Both the position numbers and the translations under genes were made by a program. The notes beneath the pieces are model-generated. The model was not told the origin of the DNA, did not search any database, and saw only the letters and a program-made list of their open reading frames with translations. From NCBI GenBank assembly GCA_046598045.1, contig JBKJJJ010000084.1, positions 1 to 29,116 of the forward strand: a stretch of 29,116 nt of DNA. Reading direction: 5' to 3'. The DNA is from Candidatus Eiseniibacteriota bacterium. Lineage in GTDB: Bacteria; Eisenbacteria; RBG-16-71-46; DASYSL01. Positions 17,035-26,187 of the stretch are shown here, one piece after another (within the stretch, counting starts at the first letter, position 1; the number at the start of each line of letters is the position of its first letter).

Positions 17035-18315
17035 CTAGGCGAGCTCGTGCGCGGATTCGCGCGCGGCGGAAATCACGTGGTCGATCACGGCATCGTCGTG
17101 CGCCGTGGACAGGAACCAGGCCTCGAACTGGCTCGGCGGCAGGTACACGCCGCGCTCGAGCATGTGCCCGTGGAAGCGGCCGAAGCGCGCGGTGTCGGCG
17201 CGCTTGACCGCGGCGAAGTCGCCCGCCTCCCCCTCGAGGAAGAACGCGGTGCCCATCGAGCCGACGCGCGTCACGCACGCGGGCACGCCGGCGGCTCTGA
17301 ACGCGTCCGCGAGGCCCTGCTCGAGCCGCGCGCCGGCCGCATCGAGTGCAGCCCACGGCTTGAGCCTGGCGAGCGTCGACAGCGTCGCGGTGCCCGCGGC
17401 CATCGCGACCGGGTTGCCGGACAGCGTGCCCGCCTGGTAGACGGGCCCGCTCGGCGCGATGCGCGACATCAGGTCCCTGCGCCCGCCGTACGCGCCCGAG
17501 GGGAACCCGCCGCCGAGGATCTTCGACAGCGTGGTGAGGTCGGGCCTTACGCCGTAGAGCTCCTGCGCGCCGCCCGGTGCGACGCGGAAGCCGGTCATCA
17601 CCTCGTCGAAGACCAGGAGCGCTCCGCTCTGGTCGCACACGCGCCGCAGCGTCTCGAGGAAGCCGAGCCGCGGCGGCACGACTCCCATGTTCGCGGCGAT
17701 AGGCTCGGAAAGAACGCACGCGACCTCCTTGCCGCGTTCGGCGAAGAAGCGCTCGACCGCGGGGCCGTCGTTGTAAGGCAGCACCGCGGTCAGAGCGGCG
17801 AGCGCGGCCGGGACGCCCGGGCTGTCGGGGATCCCGAGCGTGAGCGCCCCCGAGCCGGCGGCGACCAGCAGCGAGTCGGCGTGGCCGTGGTAGCAGCCCT
17901 CGAACTTGACGATCACGTCGCGCCCCGTCGCCGCACGCGCGAGGCGAATCGCGCTCATCACGGCCTCGGTGCCCGAGTTGACGAAGCGCACCTGCTCGAT
18001 CGATGGCACCATCGCGACCACGAGGCGGGCGAGCTCGAGCTCGGACGGGCTGGGCGCGCCGAACGAGGAACCGTTCTCGAACGCGCGCGTCACCGCCTGG
18101 ACGACGTTCGGGTGCGCGTGGCCGAGGATCAACGGTCCCCACGAGCCGACGAGATCGATGAAGCGCCGCCCGTCGACGTCGAACAGGTACGGGCCCTCGC
18201 CGCGCTCGAAGAACACGGGCGTGCCGCCCACCGCCTTGAACGCGCGCACGGGCGAGTTCACGCCGCCCGGCAGCAGTTCCTGCGCCTCGCGCCAGAGCTC
18301 CTGCGAGCGGCTCAC
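17035..18315 (-). CDS. hemL: Glutamate-1-semialdehyde 2,1-aminomutase
   Basis: Motifs [49 protein letters not shown] overlaps the hemB stop (GTGA). Confidence 0.97.
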   Translation of the reverse strand: MSRSQELWREAQELLPGGVNSPVRAFKAVGGTPVFFERGEGPYLFDVDGRRFIDLVGSWGPLILGHAHPNVVQAVTRAFENGSSFGAPSPSELELARLVVAMVPSIEQVRFVNSGTEAVMSAIRLARAATGRDVIVKFEGCYHGHADSLLVAAGSGALTLGIPDSPGVPAALAALTAVLPYNDGPAVERFFAERGKEVACVLSEPIAANMGVVPPRLGFLETLRRVCDQSGALLVFDEVMTGFRVAPGGAQELYGVRPDLTTLSKILGGGFPSGAYGGRRDLMSRIAPSGPVYQAGTLSGNPVAMAAGTATLSTLARLKPWAALDAAGARLEQGLADAFRAAGVPACVTRVGSMGTAFFLEGEAGDFAAVKRADTARFGRFHGHMLERGVYLPPSQFEAWFLSTAHDDAVIDHVISAARESAHELA

Positions 18316-19298
18316 GCGGTCTTGCCCTCGGCGAGCCAGCGCGCGGCGTCGGCGGCGTGGTAGGTCAGGATCCAGTCCGCGCCCGCCCGTCGGATGCCGG
18401 TCAGGATCTCGAGCACGACGCGCTGCTCGTCGATCCACCCCTGCGCGGCGGCGGCCTTGACCATGCTGTACTCGCCGCTCACGTTGTAGGCGGCGATCGG
18501 CGTGTCGAAGCGCTCGCGCGCCGCGTGGATGACGTCGAGGAACGCAAGCGCGGGCTTGACGATGAACGCATCGGCGCCCTCGTTCAGGTCCTGCTCGATC
18601 TCGCGCATCGCCTCGCGCGCGTTCGCCGGGTCCATCTGGTAGGTGCGCCGGTCGCCGAACTGCGGCGCCGAGCCCGCGGCCTCGCGGAACGGGCCGTAGA
18701 AGCCCGACGCGAACTTGGCCGCATAGGACAGCAGCGCGACGTCGGCATGGCCGCCCTCGTCGAGCGCCTCGCGCAGCGCGCCGATCCGGCCGTCCATCAT
18801 GTCCGAAGGGGCGATCACGTCGGCGCCGGCCCTGGCGTAGGCGACCGCCGCCTTCGCCAGCAACGGGAGTGTCGCGTCGTTGTCCACGTCGCCGTGCGCG
18901 ATCACGCCGCAGTGGCCGTGGTCGGTGTACTCGCACAGGCAGACGTCGGCGAACAGCGCGAGCCCGAGGTCCGCCTGCTTGAGCGCGTGCAGCGCGGTCG
19001 GCACCGGGCCGTCCTCCGCCCACGCCGAGGAACCGGTCGCGTCCTTGGTCTCGGGCAGGCCGAACAAGAGCATCGCGGGCACGCCGAGGTCGCGCAGCTT
19101 CTTCGCGTCCTCGACCACCTGGTCCGGCGAAAGGTGGTGAACCCCGGGCATGACCGGGATCGGCTGGCGGATGGTCTTGCCGGGCACGACGAACGTCGGC
19201 GCGATGAACGCGTCCGGCGTCAGGCGCGTCTCCTTGCTCATCCTGCGGAGCGCGCCGGTCTTGCGCAGGCGGCGCATGCGCAGTTCGGGGTACATCAT
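18312..19298 (-). CDS. hemB: Porphobilinogen synthase (ALA dehydratase), Zn-type
   Basis: Motifs [51 protein letters not shown]. Confidence 0.98.
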   Translation of the reverse strand: MMYPELRMRRLRKTGALRRMSKETRLTPDAFIAPTFVVPGKTIRQPIPVMPGVHHLSPDQVVEDAKKLRDLGVPAMLLFGLPETKDATGSSAWAEDGPVPTALHALKQADLGLALFADVCLCEYTDHGHCGVIAHGDVDNDATLPLLAKAAVAYARAGADVIAPSDMMDGRIGALREALDEGGHADVALLSYAAKFASGFYGPFREAAGSAPQFGDRRTYQMDPANAREAMREIEQDLNEGADAFIVKPALAFLDVIHAARERFDTPIAAYNVSGEYSMVKAAAAQGWIDEQRVVLEILTGIRRAGADWILTYHAADAARWLAEGKTA

Positions 19299-20122
19299 GG
19301 CTCGTCTCCCTCCGTTGGGACCGCGAGCGGCCCGGCAAAGTGTTCGACCAGCACGGCCACCAGCGCCGCCAACGTCGCCGCGCGCGCCTCGACCTGCGGC
19401 GCGAATCCAAGCTCGCGCAGGACTTCGCTCGTCACCGGGCCGATCGAAGCCCGCGTCACGTCGGCGAGTCGCGCCCGCGCGTCGCCGATCGCCTCGATGA
19501 ACGCGCGCGCCACCCCCCCGCTGGTGAACGTGACCGCGTCGAGTTCCCCGGCAAGCAGCGCCGCGCGCGCCGGCGCGGCGCCCTCGGGACACGGCCGCGC
19601 AAGATACACCGGCGCGACCTCGACCAGCGCGCCCGCCGCGGCGAGCGCCTGCTCGAGCACGTCCCGCGCCTCGAGCGCGCGCGGAATCAACACGCGGCGG
19701 CCCGTCAGCGGCTCGGCGGACATCAGGTCGACCACGCCCTCGGCGCGGAACTCGGCCGGCGCTGCTTCCACCGCGAGGCCGTGCGCCGCGAGGCCCTGCG
19801 CCGTGGCCGGGCCGATCGCGACCAGCCGCGCCGGGATCTTCGCCAGCTCCGTCGGGTCGCGCCCGAGCGTCGCCATGCGCGCGCGGAGACGCGGCAGCGT
19901 GTTCGCGCTCGTGAACACGATCCAGTCGAACGTGTCCAGGCGCGCGAGCGCCGCGTCGAGCGGGCCGAAGTCGGGCGGATCGGCGAGCGCGATCGCCGGC
20001 GCGAAGAGCACGGAAGCGCCCAGGCGCTCGAGCGCCTCGGCGAGCGGACCCGCCTGCTCCGGGGTGCGCGTCACGGCGATGCGCCTAAGGGCCAGCGGCC
20101 CCGTCGGCGCGGGCTCGTTCAC
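19295..20122 (-). CDS. hemD: Uroporphyrinogen-III synthase
   Basis: Motifs [37 protein letters not shown] overlaps the hemC stop. Confidence 0.93.
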   Translation of the reverse strand: MNEPAPTGPLALRRIAVTRTPEQAGPLAEALERLGASVLFAPAIALADPPDFGPLDAALARLDTFDWIVFTSANTLPRLRARMATLGRDPTELAKIPARLVAIGPATAQGLAAHGLAVEAAPAEFRAEGVVDLMSAEPLTGRRVLIPRALEARDVLEQALAAAGALVEVAPVYLARPCPEGAAPARAALLAGELDAVTFTSGGVARAFIEAIGDARARLADVTRASIGPVTSEVLRELGFAPQVEARAATLAALVAVLVEHFAGPLAVPTEGDEP

Positions 20123-21063
20123 GACTCGAACAGCGCGCGCGCGCGGCGAACCACGCGGTCCCCGCCCTGGTCGAGCAGGTCGATCGCGAGCCGCTTGCCG
20201 ATCGCCGCAGCCTGCGACTTCTTGCCCTGGTGGTCGCCCCGGTACACGTCGATGCCGTCGGGGCTGATGATGATGCCCGTGACCACGATCTCGCCGCCGA
20301 GCACCTCGGCAAGCGCGCCCGCGGGTGACTGGCAATTGCCGCCGAGCGCCGCGAGGAAGCCGCGCTCGCACGTGCCGGCGGCGCGCGCGTTCGGGTCCTC
20401 GAACACGTCGATCGCGCGCTGGGTCCTGGCGTCGCCTTCGCGCATCGCGATCGCGAGCAGGCCCTGGCCCGGCGCCGGGATCATCACGTCCTGGGTCAGG
20501 ATCTCGCTCACCCTGTCCTGCAGGCCGAGGCGCTCGAGCCCGGCGGCCGCGAGCACGAGCGCGTCGACCTGGCCGGCATCGAGCTTCTTGAGCCGGGTAT
20601 CGACGTTTCCGCGGATGTCCACCATCTCGAGGTCGTCGCGATAGAGCAGGAGCTGCGCCTTGCGCCTCGAGCTCGAGGTGCCGACCTTCGCGCCCTCGGC
20701 GAGCTCGTCGAGGATCGACCCGTCGTTCGTGATCAGCACGTCGAACGGCGTCGCGCGGTGCCCGATCGCGCCCAGCACGAGGCCCTCGGGCAACTCGGTC
20801 GGCACGTCCTTGAGCGAATGCACGGCGCAGTCGATCGTCCCCGCCAGCAGCGCCTCGTCGAGCTCCTTCGTGAACGCGCCCTTGCCGCCGAGCTGGCTCA
20901 GCGGACGATCGAGGTCGCGATCGCCCAGCGTCGACACGCGAATGATCTCGACCTCGAGCCCGGCATGCGCGGCCATCAGGCGACCCTTCACGAGTTCGCT
21001 CTGGGCGAGCGCGAGCGCGCTGCCGCGGCTGCCGATGCGAAGATGCGCCCCTTTCTTGCTCAC
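20119..21063 (-). CDS. hemC: Hydroxymethylbilane synthase (porphobilinogen deaminase)
   Basis: Motifs GSRGSALALAQ, GKGAFTKE, AVHSLKDVP, GTSSSRR, IRGNVDTRL, and GGNCQSP (cofactor-binding Cys). Confidence 0.98.
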   Translation of the reverse strand: MSKKGAHLRIGSRGSALALAQSELVKGRLMAAHAGLEVEIIRVSTLGDRDLDRPLSQLGGKGAFTKELDEALLAGTIDCAVHSLKDVPTELPEGLVLGAIGHRATPFDVLITNDGSILDELAEGAKVGTSSSRRKAQLLLYRDDLEMVDIRGNVDTRLKKLDAGQVDALVLAAAGLERLGLQDRVSEILTQDVMIPAPGQGLLAIAMREGDARTQRAIDVFEDPNARAAGTCERGFLAALGGNCQSPAGALAEVLGGEIVVTGIIISPDGIDVYRGDHQGKKSQAAAIGKRLAIDLLDQGGDRVVRRARALFES

Positions 21064-21151
21064 GCCGCCTCCCCCGTGGTTCGCTCGTGGACACGAACGG
21101 CGCTCCCCGTACGAGGAACGCCGAACGAGGTTGCCCTTCCGCCCTCTGGTC

Positions 21152-21580
21152 CTACTTCTTGGCGGCCTTCTTCGCGGCGGCCTTCTTGGCGCTCGGCTTC
21201 TTCTTGGGCGCGGTGGCCTTCGCGGCGAGGCGCGCCTTCTTCTGCAGCACGGCCTTGCGCGGAGCCTTCTTGGCCTTCGCCTTCGCGGCCTTCGCGGTGG
21301 CCACGGCCTTCTTCTTGGGCTTGGTCTGGCGCACCGGCATCGCGATGCCCGCCTTCTTGAACAGCGACTTCACCTGGTCCGACGGCGTCGCACCGACCGA
21401 CAGCCAGTACTTCGCGCGCTCGGCGTCGACGCGCAATTCGGCTTCCTTCGGCTGCGCGTTGTACGAGCCCAGCTCGTCGACGAAGCGGCCGTCCCGCGGC
21501 GACTTCGACTCGGCGACCACGATACGGAACTTGGGGTCCTTCTTGGCGCCCATGCGGCGCAGACGAATCACGACAGCCAT
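21152..21580 (-). CDS. rpsP: 30S ribosomal protein S16 with Lys/Ala-rich C-terminal tail
   Basis: [41 protein letters not shown] core; GGAGG RBS; tail [11 protein letters not shown]. Confidence 0.97.
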   Translation of the reverse strand: MAVVIRLRRMGAKKDPKFRIVVAESKSPRDGRFVDELGSYNAQPKEAELRVDAERAKYWLSVGATPSDQVKSLFKKAGIAMPVRQTKPKKKAVATAKAAKAKAKKAPRKAVLQKKARLAAKATAPKKKPSAKKAAAKKAAKK

Positions 21581-21601
21581 GAAACGAATCCTCCCTGGGG
21601 G

Positions 21602-22957
21602 TCACCCCCCGAAGCGAAACCCTCCCATGCCACGCATGCCGGGCGGAGCGAAGGGCACCTTCTTCTTCGGCCCCTTCATCCGCTTCGCGAGGGTGCGAAC
21701 CTGCTCGAAGTCGCGCAGCAGCTTGTTGACGTTCTGCACCTGCGTCCCGCTGCCCGCCGCGATACGTCGCTTGCGCGACCCGTCGAGCAGGGCGGGCTTC
21801 GCGCGCTCCTTCGGCGTCATCGAGAGGATGATCGCCTCCACGCGCTTGAGTTCCTTCTCGCCTTCGTCGGTCATCTTCGAGTCGATCTTGTGGCCACCGG
21901 GCAGCAGGCCGAGGATGTCGCCGAGCGAACCGAGTTTCTTCATCTCCCTCAACTGCGACAGGAAGTCGTCGAGCGTGAGGTCGCTCTTCTTCAGGCGGTT
22001 CTCGAGTTCGAGCGCCTTCTCGAGATCGATCTTGCTCTGCGCCTTCTCGACCAGCGTGAGCACGTCGCCCATGCCGAGGATGCGTTGCGCGAGCCGCTCC
22101 GGATGGAACGGCTCGAGGGCGTCGATCTTCTCCCCCGTCGAGAGGAACAGGATCGGTCGCCCGGTGACGTGGCGCAAGGAGAGCGCCGCGCCACCGCGCG
22201 CGTCGCCATCCATCTTGGTGAGCACGACGCCGTCGACGCCGAGCTCCTTGTGGAACCGCTCGCCGGTCTGGACCGCGTCCTGCCCGGTCATGCCGTCGAC
22301 GACGAGCAACACCTGGTGCGGCTTGAGCGCCTTCTGGATCGCCTTCGCCTCGGCCATCATGGCCTCGTCGACGGTGACGCGGCCGGCGGTGTCGAACACC
22401 AGGTAGTCGAATCCGCGGTCGATCGCCGCCCTGAGCGCGTTCTTCGCGATGTCCGCGGGCGCCTGCGTGGCGTCGGTCGGCAGGAAGCCGAGGTCGTTCG
22501 CCTTGGCGAGCACCTGCAACTGCTCGAGCGCCGCCGGGCGATGGATGTCGGCCGAGGCCAGCAGCGTGCGCTGCTTCCTGTCCTTCAAGTGCCGCGCCAG
22601 CTTGGCCGCGAACGTGGTCTTGCCCGAGCCCTGGAGGCCCACCAGCAGGATCACGGTCGGCGGCTTGTTGGACACCATCAGCGGCGCGTTCGAGCCGCCG
22701 AGGATCTGCGTCAGCTCCTCGTACACGACCTGGACGATCATCGCCGAGGGGTCGACACCCTCGAGCACCTCCCGTCCGGTGGCGCGCTCCTCGACCTTCG
22801 CGAGGAAGTCCTTCACCACCACCAACGAGACATCGGCTTCGAGCAGCGCGCGGCGAATCTCGCGCAGCCCTTCCTTGATGTTCTCGGGGGTGAGTTTGCC
22901 CTGGCCGCGAAGGTTCTTGAGGATGCCTTCGAGCCGGCGGGTGAGGGAATCGAACAC
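21602..22957 (-). CDS. ffh: Signal recognition particle protein
   Basis: MFDSL start (GTG at 22957); motifs GLQGSGKTT, DTAGR, TKMDGDARGG, and M-domain SMTPKER, SRKRRIAAGSG. Confidence 0.98.
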   Translation of the reverse strand: MFDSLTRRLEGILKNLRGQGKLTPENIKEGLREIRRALLEADVSLVVVKDFLAKVEERATGREVLEGVDPSAMIVQVVYEELTQILGGSNAPLMVSNKPPTVILLVGLQGSGKTTFAAKLARHLKDRKQRTLLASADIHRPAALEQLQVLAKANDLGFLPTDATQAPADIAKNALRAAIDRGFDYLVFDTAGRVTVDEAMMAEAKAIQKALKPHQVLLVVDGMTGQDAVQTGERFHKELGVDGVVLTKMDGDARGGAALSLRHVTGRPILFLSTGEKIDALEPFHPERLAQRILGMGDVLTLVEKAQSKIDLEKALELENRLKKSDLTLDDFLSQLREMKKLGSLGDILGLLPGGHKIDSKMTDEGEKELKRVEAIILSMTPKERAKPALLDGSRKRRIAAGSGTQVQNVNKLLRDFEQVRTLAKRMKGPKKKVPFAPPGMRGMGGFRFGG

Positions 22958-23009
22958 GGGGAGGCCGACTGCCTTTCGACGCGAGTGACTTGTGGAGGTC
23001 CGGGGAAAC

Positions 23010-23042
23010 GAAAGCCGCCGGAGCCGGGCTCCAGACGGCTTC
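23010..23042 (-). promoter_or_regulatory. Stem-loop in the ffh 5' leader (terminator/attenuator-like)
   Basis: GAAGCCGUC-U-GGAGC-CCG-GCUCC-GGCGGCUUU followed by CGUUU, located between the promoter and ffh. Confidence 0.5.
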
Positions 23043-23055
23043 AATTACCTTGGGG

Positions 23056-23084
23056 AAACTAGCACACGGGCCGGGGGGCGACAA
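23056..23084 (-). promoter_or_regulatory. Sigma70-like promoter of ffh-rpsP-hem
   Basis: TTGTCG-N17-TAGTTT with an extended -10 TG. Confidence 0.6.
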
Positions 23085-23095
23085 CCGCCCCGTGC

Positions 23096-23138
23096 CGCGC
23101 TCGGGGCGCGCTCGGGGCGCGCTCGGGGCGCGCCCGGG
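23096..23138. repeat. 11-bp tandem repeat (CGCGCTCGGGG x3 plus one degenerate copy)
   Basis: Read directly in the ffh/btpA divergent intergenic region. Confidence 0.85.
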
Positions 23139-23150
23139 CGGCGCGGGCCG

Positions 23151-23159
23151 TGTTAACCT
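23151..23159 (+). promoter_or_regulatory. Extended -10 element for btpA-like gene (leaderless-type spacing)
   Basis: TGT-TAACCT followed by 7 nt and then ATG at 23167; no Shine-Dalgarno sequence. Confidence 0.5.
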
Positions 23160-23166
23160 GCCGGCC

Positions 23167-23979
23167 ATGACCAGCCCCCATCCAGGCCGTTTGATCGGCG
23201 TCGTCCACCTCGCGCCACTGCCCGGCACCGCGGGCGCCCCGCCGCGCGCCCAGGACGCGATGCGCGCCGTGCTCGACCGCGCGCTCGCCGATGCCGCCGC
23301 GCTCCAGGCCGGCGGCCTCGACGGCGCGATCGTCGAGAACTTCGGCGATGCCCCGTTCCACAAGGAGCGCGTGCCGCCCTCGGTCGTCGCGGCATTGACG
23401 ACGGCTTGCACCGAGATCCGCCGCGCCACGAAATTCGCGCTCGGCGCGAACGTGCTGCGCAACGACGTCGAATCCGCGCTCGCGGTCGCCGCGGCGTGTG
23501 GGCTGTCGTTCGTGCGCGTCAACGTGCACGCGGGAGCGATGGTCACCGACCAGGGCGTGATCGAGGGCCGCGCGGCATGGACGCTCGCCGAGCGCCGCCG
23601 CCTCGGCGCCGAGGAGGTCGCGATCTGGGCCGACGTGCTGGTCAAGCACGCGACCCCGCTCGCTGGCACGCGCGAGGCGCTCCTGCCGCAGATGGCCGAG
23701 GACACGTTCCGCCGCGGCCGCGCCGATGCTCTGATCGTCTCGGGCGCGGGCACAGGCAAGGGCACGTCGCTCGCCGACCTCGAGGTCGTGCGCCGCGCGG
23801 TGCCCGAGGCGCCGGTCTTCGTCGGCTCGGGCACGACGATCGAGACCGCGCGCGCCACGCTCGCGGCCTGCCACGGCATCATCGTCGGGACCTGGATCAA
23901 GCAGGAGGGGCGCGTCGACCGCCCGGTCGACGTCGAGCGCGTGCGCGCGTTCGTCGCCGCGGCGCGGGGTTCGGCCTAG
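23167..23979 (+). CDS. btpA: BtpA/SgcQ family protein
   Basis: Motifs IGVVHLAPLPG, IVENFGDAPF, GANVLRND, FVRVN, ADVLVKH, ADALIVSGAGTG, IIVGT. Confidence 0.92.
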   Translation: MTSPHPGRLIGVVHLAPLPGTAGAPPRAQDAMRAVLDRALADAAALQAGGLDGAIVENFGDAPFHKERVPPSVVAALTTACTEIRRATKFALGANVLRNDVESALAVAAACGLSFVRVNVHAGAMVTDQGVIEGRAAWTLAERRRLGAEEVAIWADVLVKHATPLAGTREALLPQMAEDTFRRGRADALIVSGAGTGKGTSLADLEVVRRAVPEAPVFVGSGTTIETARATLAACHGIIVGTWIKQEGRVDRPVDVERVRAFVAAARGSA

Positions 23980-24824
23980 GCGCCGCCGCGCCGCGTGCCG
24001 CCGGGCCGCGTGCCGCCGCGCCGCGCCGCTGCGAGCAGCGCGTGGGCGCGGGCGAACACGCCCTCGAGCATGGGCCGGGTCAGCCGCCCGGTGCTCGTGT
24101 TCTGCTGGCTCGGGTGGTAGGAACCGAGCAGGGTGATTTCCCTCAGTCCGGACGCAGGGTATTCTCCGGAGAGGTGCGTACGCTTTGTACGCTTCGTACG
24201 TTTTGTACACGCCTCCCCGGAAGACACAGGCTCCCCGAACCCGCCGCCCAGCACGACCTCCGCCCCGTGCCCGAACCTCGGCCGCGGCGTCGGCACCACC
24301 CCGCCGCGCGCGCGCCACGCGAGCAGGAACTCGCCCCACGCCAGAGCGCCCAACGCGACCACGCACCGCATGTCCGAAAGCAGCGCGAGCTCGTCCACGA
24401 GCCACGGGCGGCAGTGCGCGAATTCCTCTCGCGTCGGCTTGTTGTCGGGAGGCGCGCAGCGCGCGCCGGCGGTGACGAACGTGTCGCGCAGCGCGAGGCC
24501 GTCGCCGCGCGCGCGCGACTCGGCCTGGTTCGCGAACCCGGAGGCGTAAAGCGCGGCGTAGAGCCAGTCGCCCGAGCGGTCGCCGGTGAACATGCGGCCG
24601 GTGCGGTTTCCCCCGTGCGCCGCCGGGGCGAGGCCGACCACGACCAGCCGGGCGGACGCCGCACCGAACGCCGGCACGGGGCGGCCCCAGTAGGTGTCAC
24701 CGAGGTAGGCGCGGCGCTTGACGCGCGCGGTCTCCTCGCGCCACGCCACGAGGCGCGGGCACTTGCGGCAGCGGATGATGCGGGCTTCGAGGCGCGCGAG
24801 CGCGGCCTCGTCGGGCGGGATCAC
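23976..24824 (-). CDS. udgB: Uracil-DNA glycosylase family 5 (UdgB-like, 4Fe-4S)
   Basis: Motifs CRKCPRL, GLAPAAHGGNRTGRMFTGDRSG, RCAPPDNKP, HC, SYHPSQQNT. GTG overlaps the upstream stop (GTGA). Confidence 0.93.
   Translation of the reverse strand: MIPPDEAALARLEARIIRCRKCPRLVAWREETARVKRRAYLGDTYWGRPVPAFGAASARLVVVGLAPAAHGGNRTGRMFTGDRSGDWLYAALYASGFANQAESRARGDGLALRDTFVTAGARCAPPDNKPTREEFAHCRPWLVDELALLSDMRCVVALGALAWGEFLLAWRARGGVVPTPRPRFGHGAEVVLGGGFGEPVSSGEACTKRTKRTKRTHLSGEYPASGLREITLLGSYHPSQQNTSTGRLTRPMLEGVFARAHALLAAARRGGTRPGGTRRGGA
24159..24227. repeat. Imperfect inverted repeat (about 23-bp arms) enclosing 9-bp GTAC-containing tandem repeats, inside udgB
   Basis: GTATTCTCCGGAGAGGTGCGTAC ... GTACACGCCTCCCCGGAAGACAC; centre cgtacgcttt-gtacgcttc-gtacgtttt-gtac. 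Confidence 0.8.
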
Positions 24825-25453
24825 ACGCCGAGGTCGAGCCCGAACAGGGCGTGCAGCCCGGCGCCGAGCGCGACGTAGAGCCCGAGCAGCGCGAACGCGC
24901 ACACCACGGCGCGTCCGAACGAGAAGCGATGCGCTTCCGCGACCGCGAGCGCGGTGATGAACAGCGACCACCCCCACAACAGGAACAGGCAGAGCGCCGA
25001 GAGCAGCTCGGAGTCGGGGCGATCGAGCGTCTGCGACCACAGTTTGAGCAGCGCGAACGGCATGCCCGCAGCGGCGGGCGCCTGGCCCCACGCGATCCCG
25101 ACCAGCAATTCGCGCCACCGGCCGACGCCGCCGAGCACACGGCCGATGTGCGTCAGCGCGAACGCCGCGATCGCCCACGCGCCGAGGCCGATCAACATGC
25201 CGATCGCCAGTTCGACGAGCCAGGTCCAGCGCCCGAAGTCGGACGTGCGCTCGAGCAGCGCGCCGTCCGCGACGACGGCGGTCGCGGCCGCGGAGCAGAC
25301 CAGAAGGATCGAGAGCCGCAGGTCGCCGTGATCGAGGATCCAGCGCACGGTCGCGCGCGGCTGGGTCCACACGGTGCGCAGCGCATCGGGCGGCCCGTGC
25401 CACGCGGGGCGCGTGGGCGGCCTCAAACCAGGACGGGAGACGGTCTCGCTCAT
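24821..25453 (-). CDS. Yip1-domain membrane protein
   Basis: VWTQPRATVRWI start motif, about 5 hydrophobic helices, GRVLGGVG, VAEAHRFS..RA. ATGA overlap with rpe. Confidence 0.8.
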   Translation of the reverse strand: MSETVSRPGLRPPTRPAWHGPPDALRTVWTQPRATVRWILDHGDLRLSILLVCSAAATAVVADGALLERTSDFGRWTWLVELAIGMLIGLGAWAIAAFALTHIGRVLGGVGRWRELLVGIAWGQAPAAAGMPFALLKLWSQTLDRPDSELLSALCLFLLWGWSLFITALAVAEAHRFSFGRAVVCAFALLGLYVALGAGLHALFGLDLGV

Positions 25454-26166
25454 GCCGCCCCCGCCGGCGCGCCGAGCGCCTTGAGCGCGCGGATCGCGGC
25501 CACCGGGTCGTCCTGGCGATAGATGCCGTGGCCCGCGACGACCGCGTCGACGCCGGCCTCGGCCACGCGCGGCCCGGTGTCGTGCACGACGATCCCGCCG
25601 TCGACCTCGATCAGGAAGCCCGCGCCGTGCGCGCGCCGGTACCCGGCAGCGCGGCGAATGGTCGCGAGCGGCGCGGGCAGGAACTCCTGTCCGCTGAAGC
25701 CCGGGTACACGGTCATCACGAGCAGGAGGTCGAGCTCGCCGAGCACCGGCTCGAGCTGCTCGAACGTCGTGTCGGGCCGCGCCGCGAGTCCGACCCTCGC
25801 GCCGCTCGCGCGCACCGCGGCGAGCGCGCGGCGGAGTTGCGCGACGTCGAGCGCGGGCGCGGTGTCCCGGGCCCAGCCGGGCCCCGCGACCCCGGGCGCC
25901 TCGAGGTGCAACGTGACATACGTGGCGCCCGCCTCGACGAACGCGGGCACGGAGCGCAACGGGTCGTCGATCATGAGGTGGACGTCGAGCGGCAGGCGCG
26001 TCATGCGGTGGAGCGCAGCGACCATGGTCGGGCCGAACGTGAGGTTCGGCACGAAGTGGCCGTCCATGACGTCGCAGTGCAACCAGTCGGCGCCCGACTC
26101 CGCGATGCGCACGGCATCGGCGAGTCGGGTCCAGTCGGCGCTCAGGATGGAGGGCGAGACGATCAT
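25450..26166 (-). CDS. rpe: Ribulose-phosphate 3-epimerase
   Basis: Motifs SPSILSAD, HCDVMDGHFVPNLTFG, DVHLMI, MTVYPGFSGQ, IEVDGGI. Confidence 0.97.
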   Translation of the reverse strand: MIVSPSILSADWTRLADAVRIAESGADWLHCDVMDGHFVPNLTFGPTMVAALHRMTRLPLDVHLMIDDPLRSVPAFVEAGATYVTLHLEAPGVAGPGWARDTAPALDVAQLRRALAAVRASGARVGLAARPDTTFEQLEPVLGELDLLLVMTVYPGFSGQEFLPAPLATIRRAAGYRRAHGAGFLIEVDGGIVVHDTGPRVAEAGVDAVVAGHGIYRQDDPVAAIRALKALGAPAGAA

Positions 26167-26187
26167 CGCGCGTTCCCCGGGGGAGAC

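Noticed and set aside
22958..23166. SRP RNA (ffs) or a tRNA upstream of ffh
   Set aside because: No SRP domain IV motif (CAGG..GNRA..AGCA) and no tRNA cloverleaf or T-loop is visible.
23976..24030. btpA and udgB stops sharing CTAG, plus 15-bp GGTR repeats at the udgB 3' end
   Set aside because: Convergent 4-bp stop overlaps and short low-complexity GC tails are common; there is no evidence of function.
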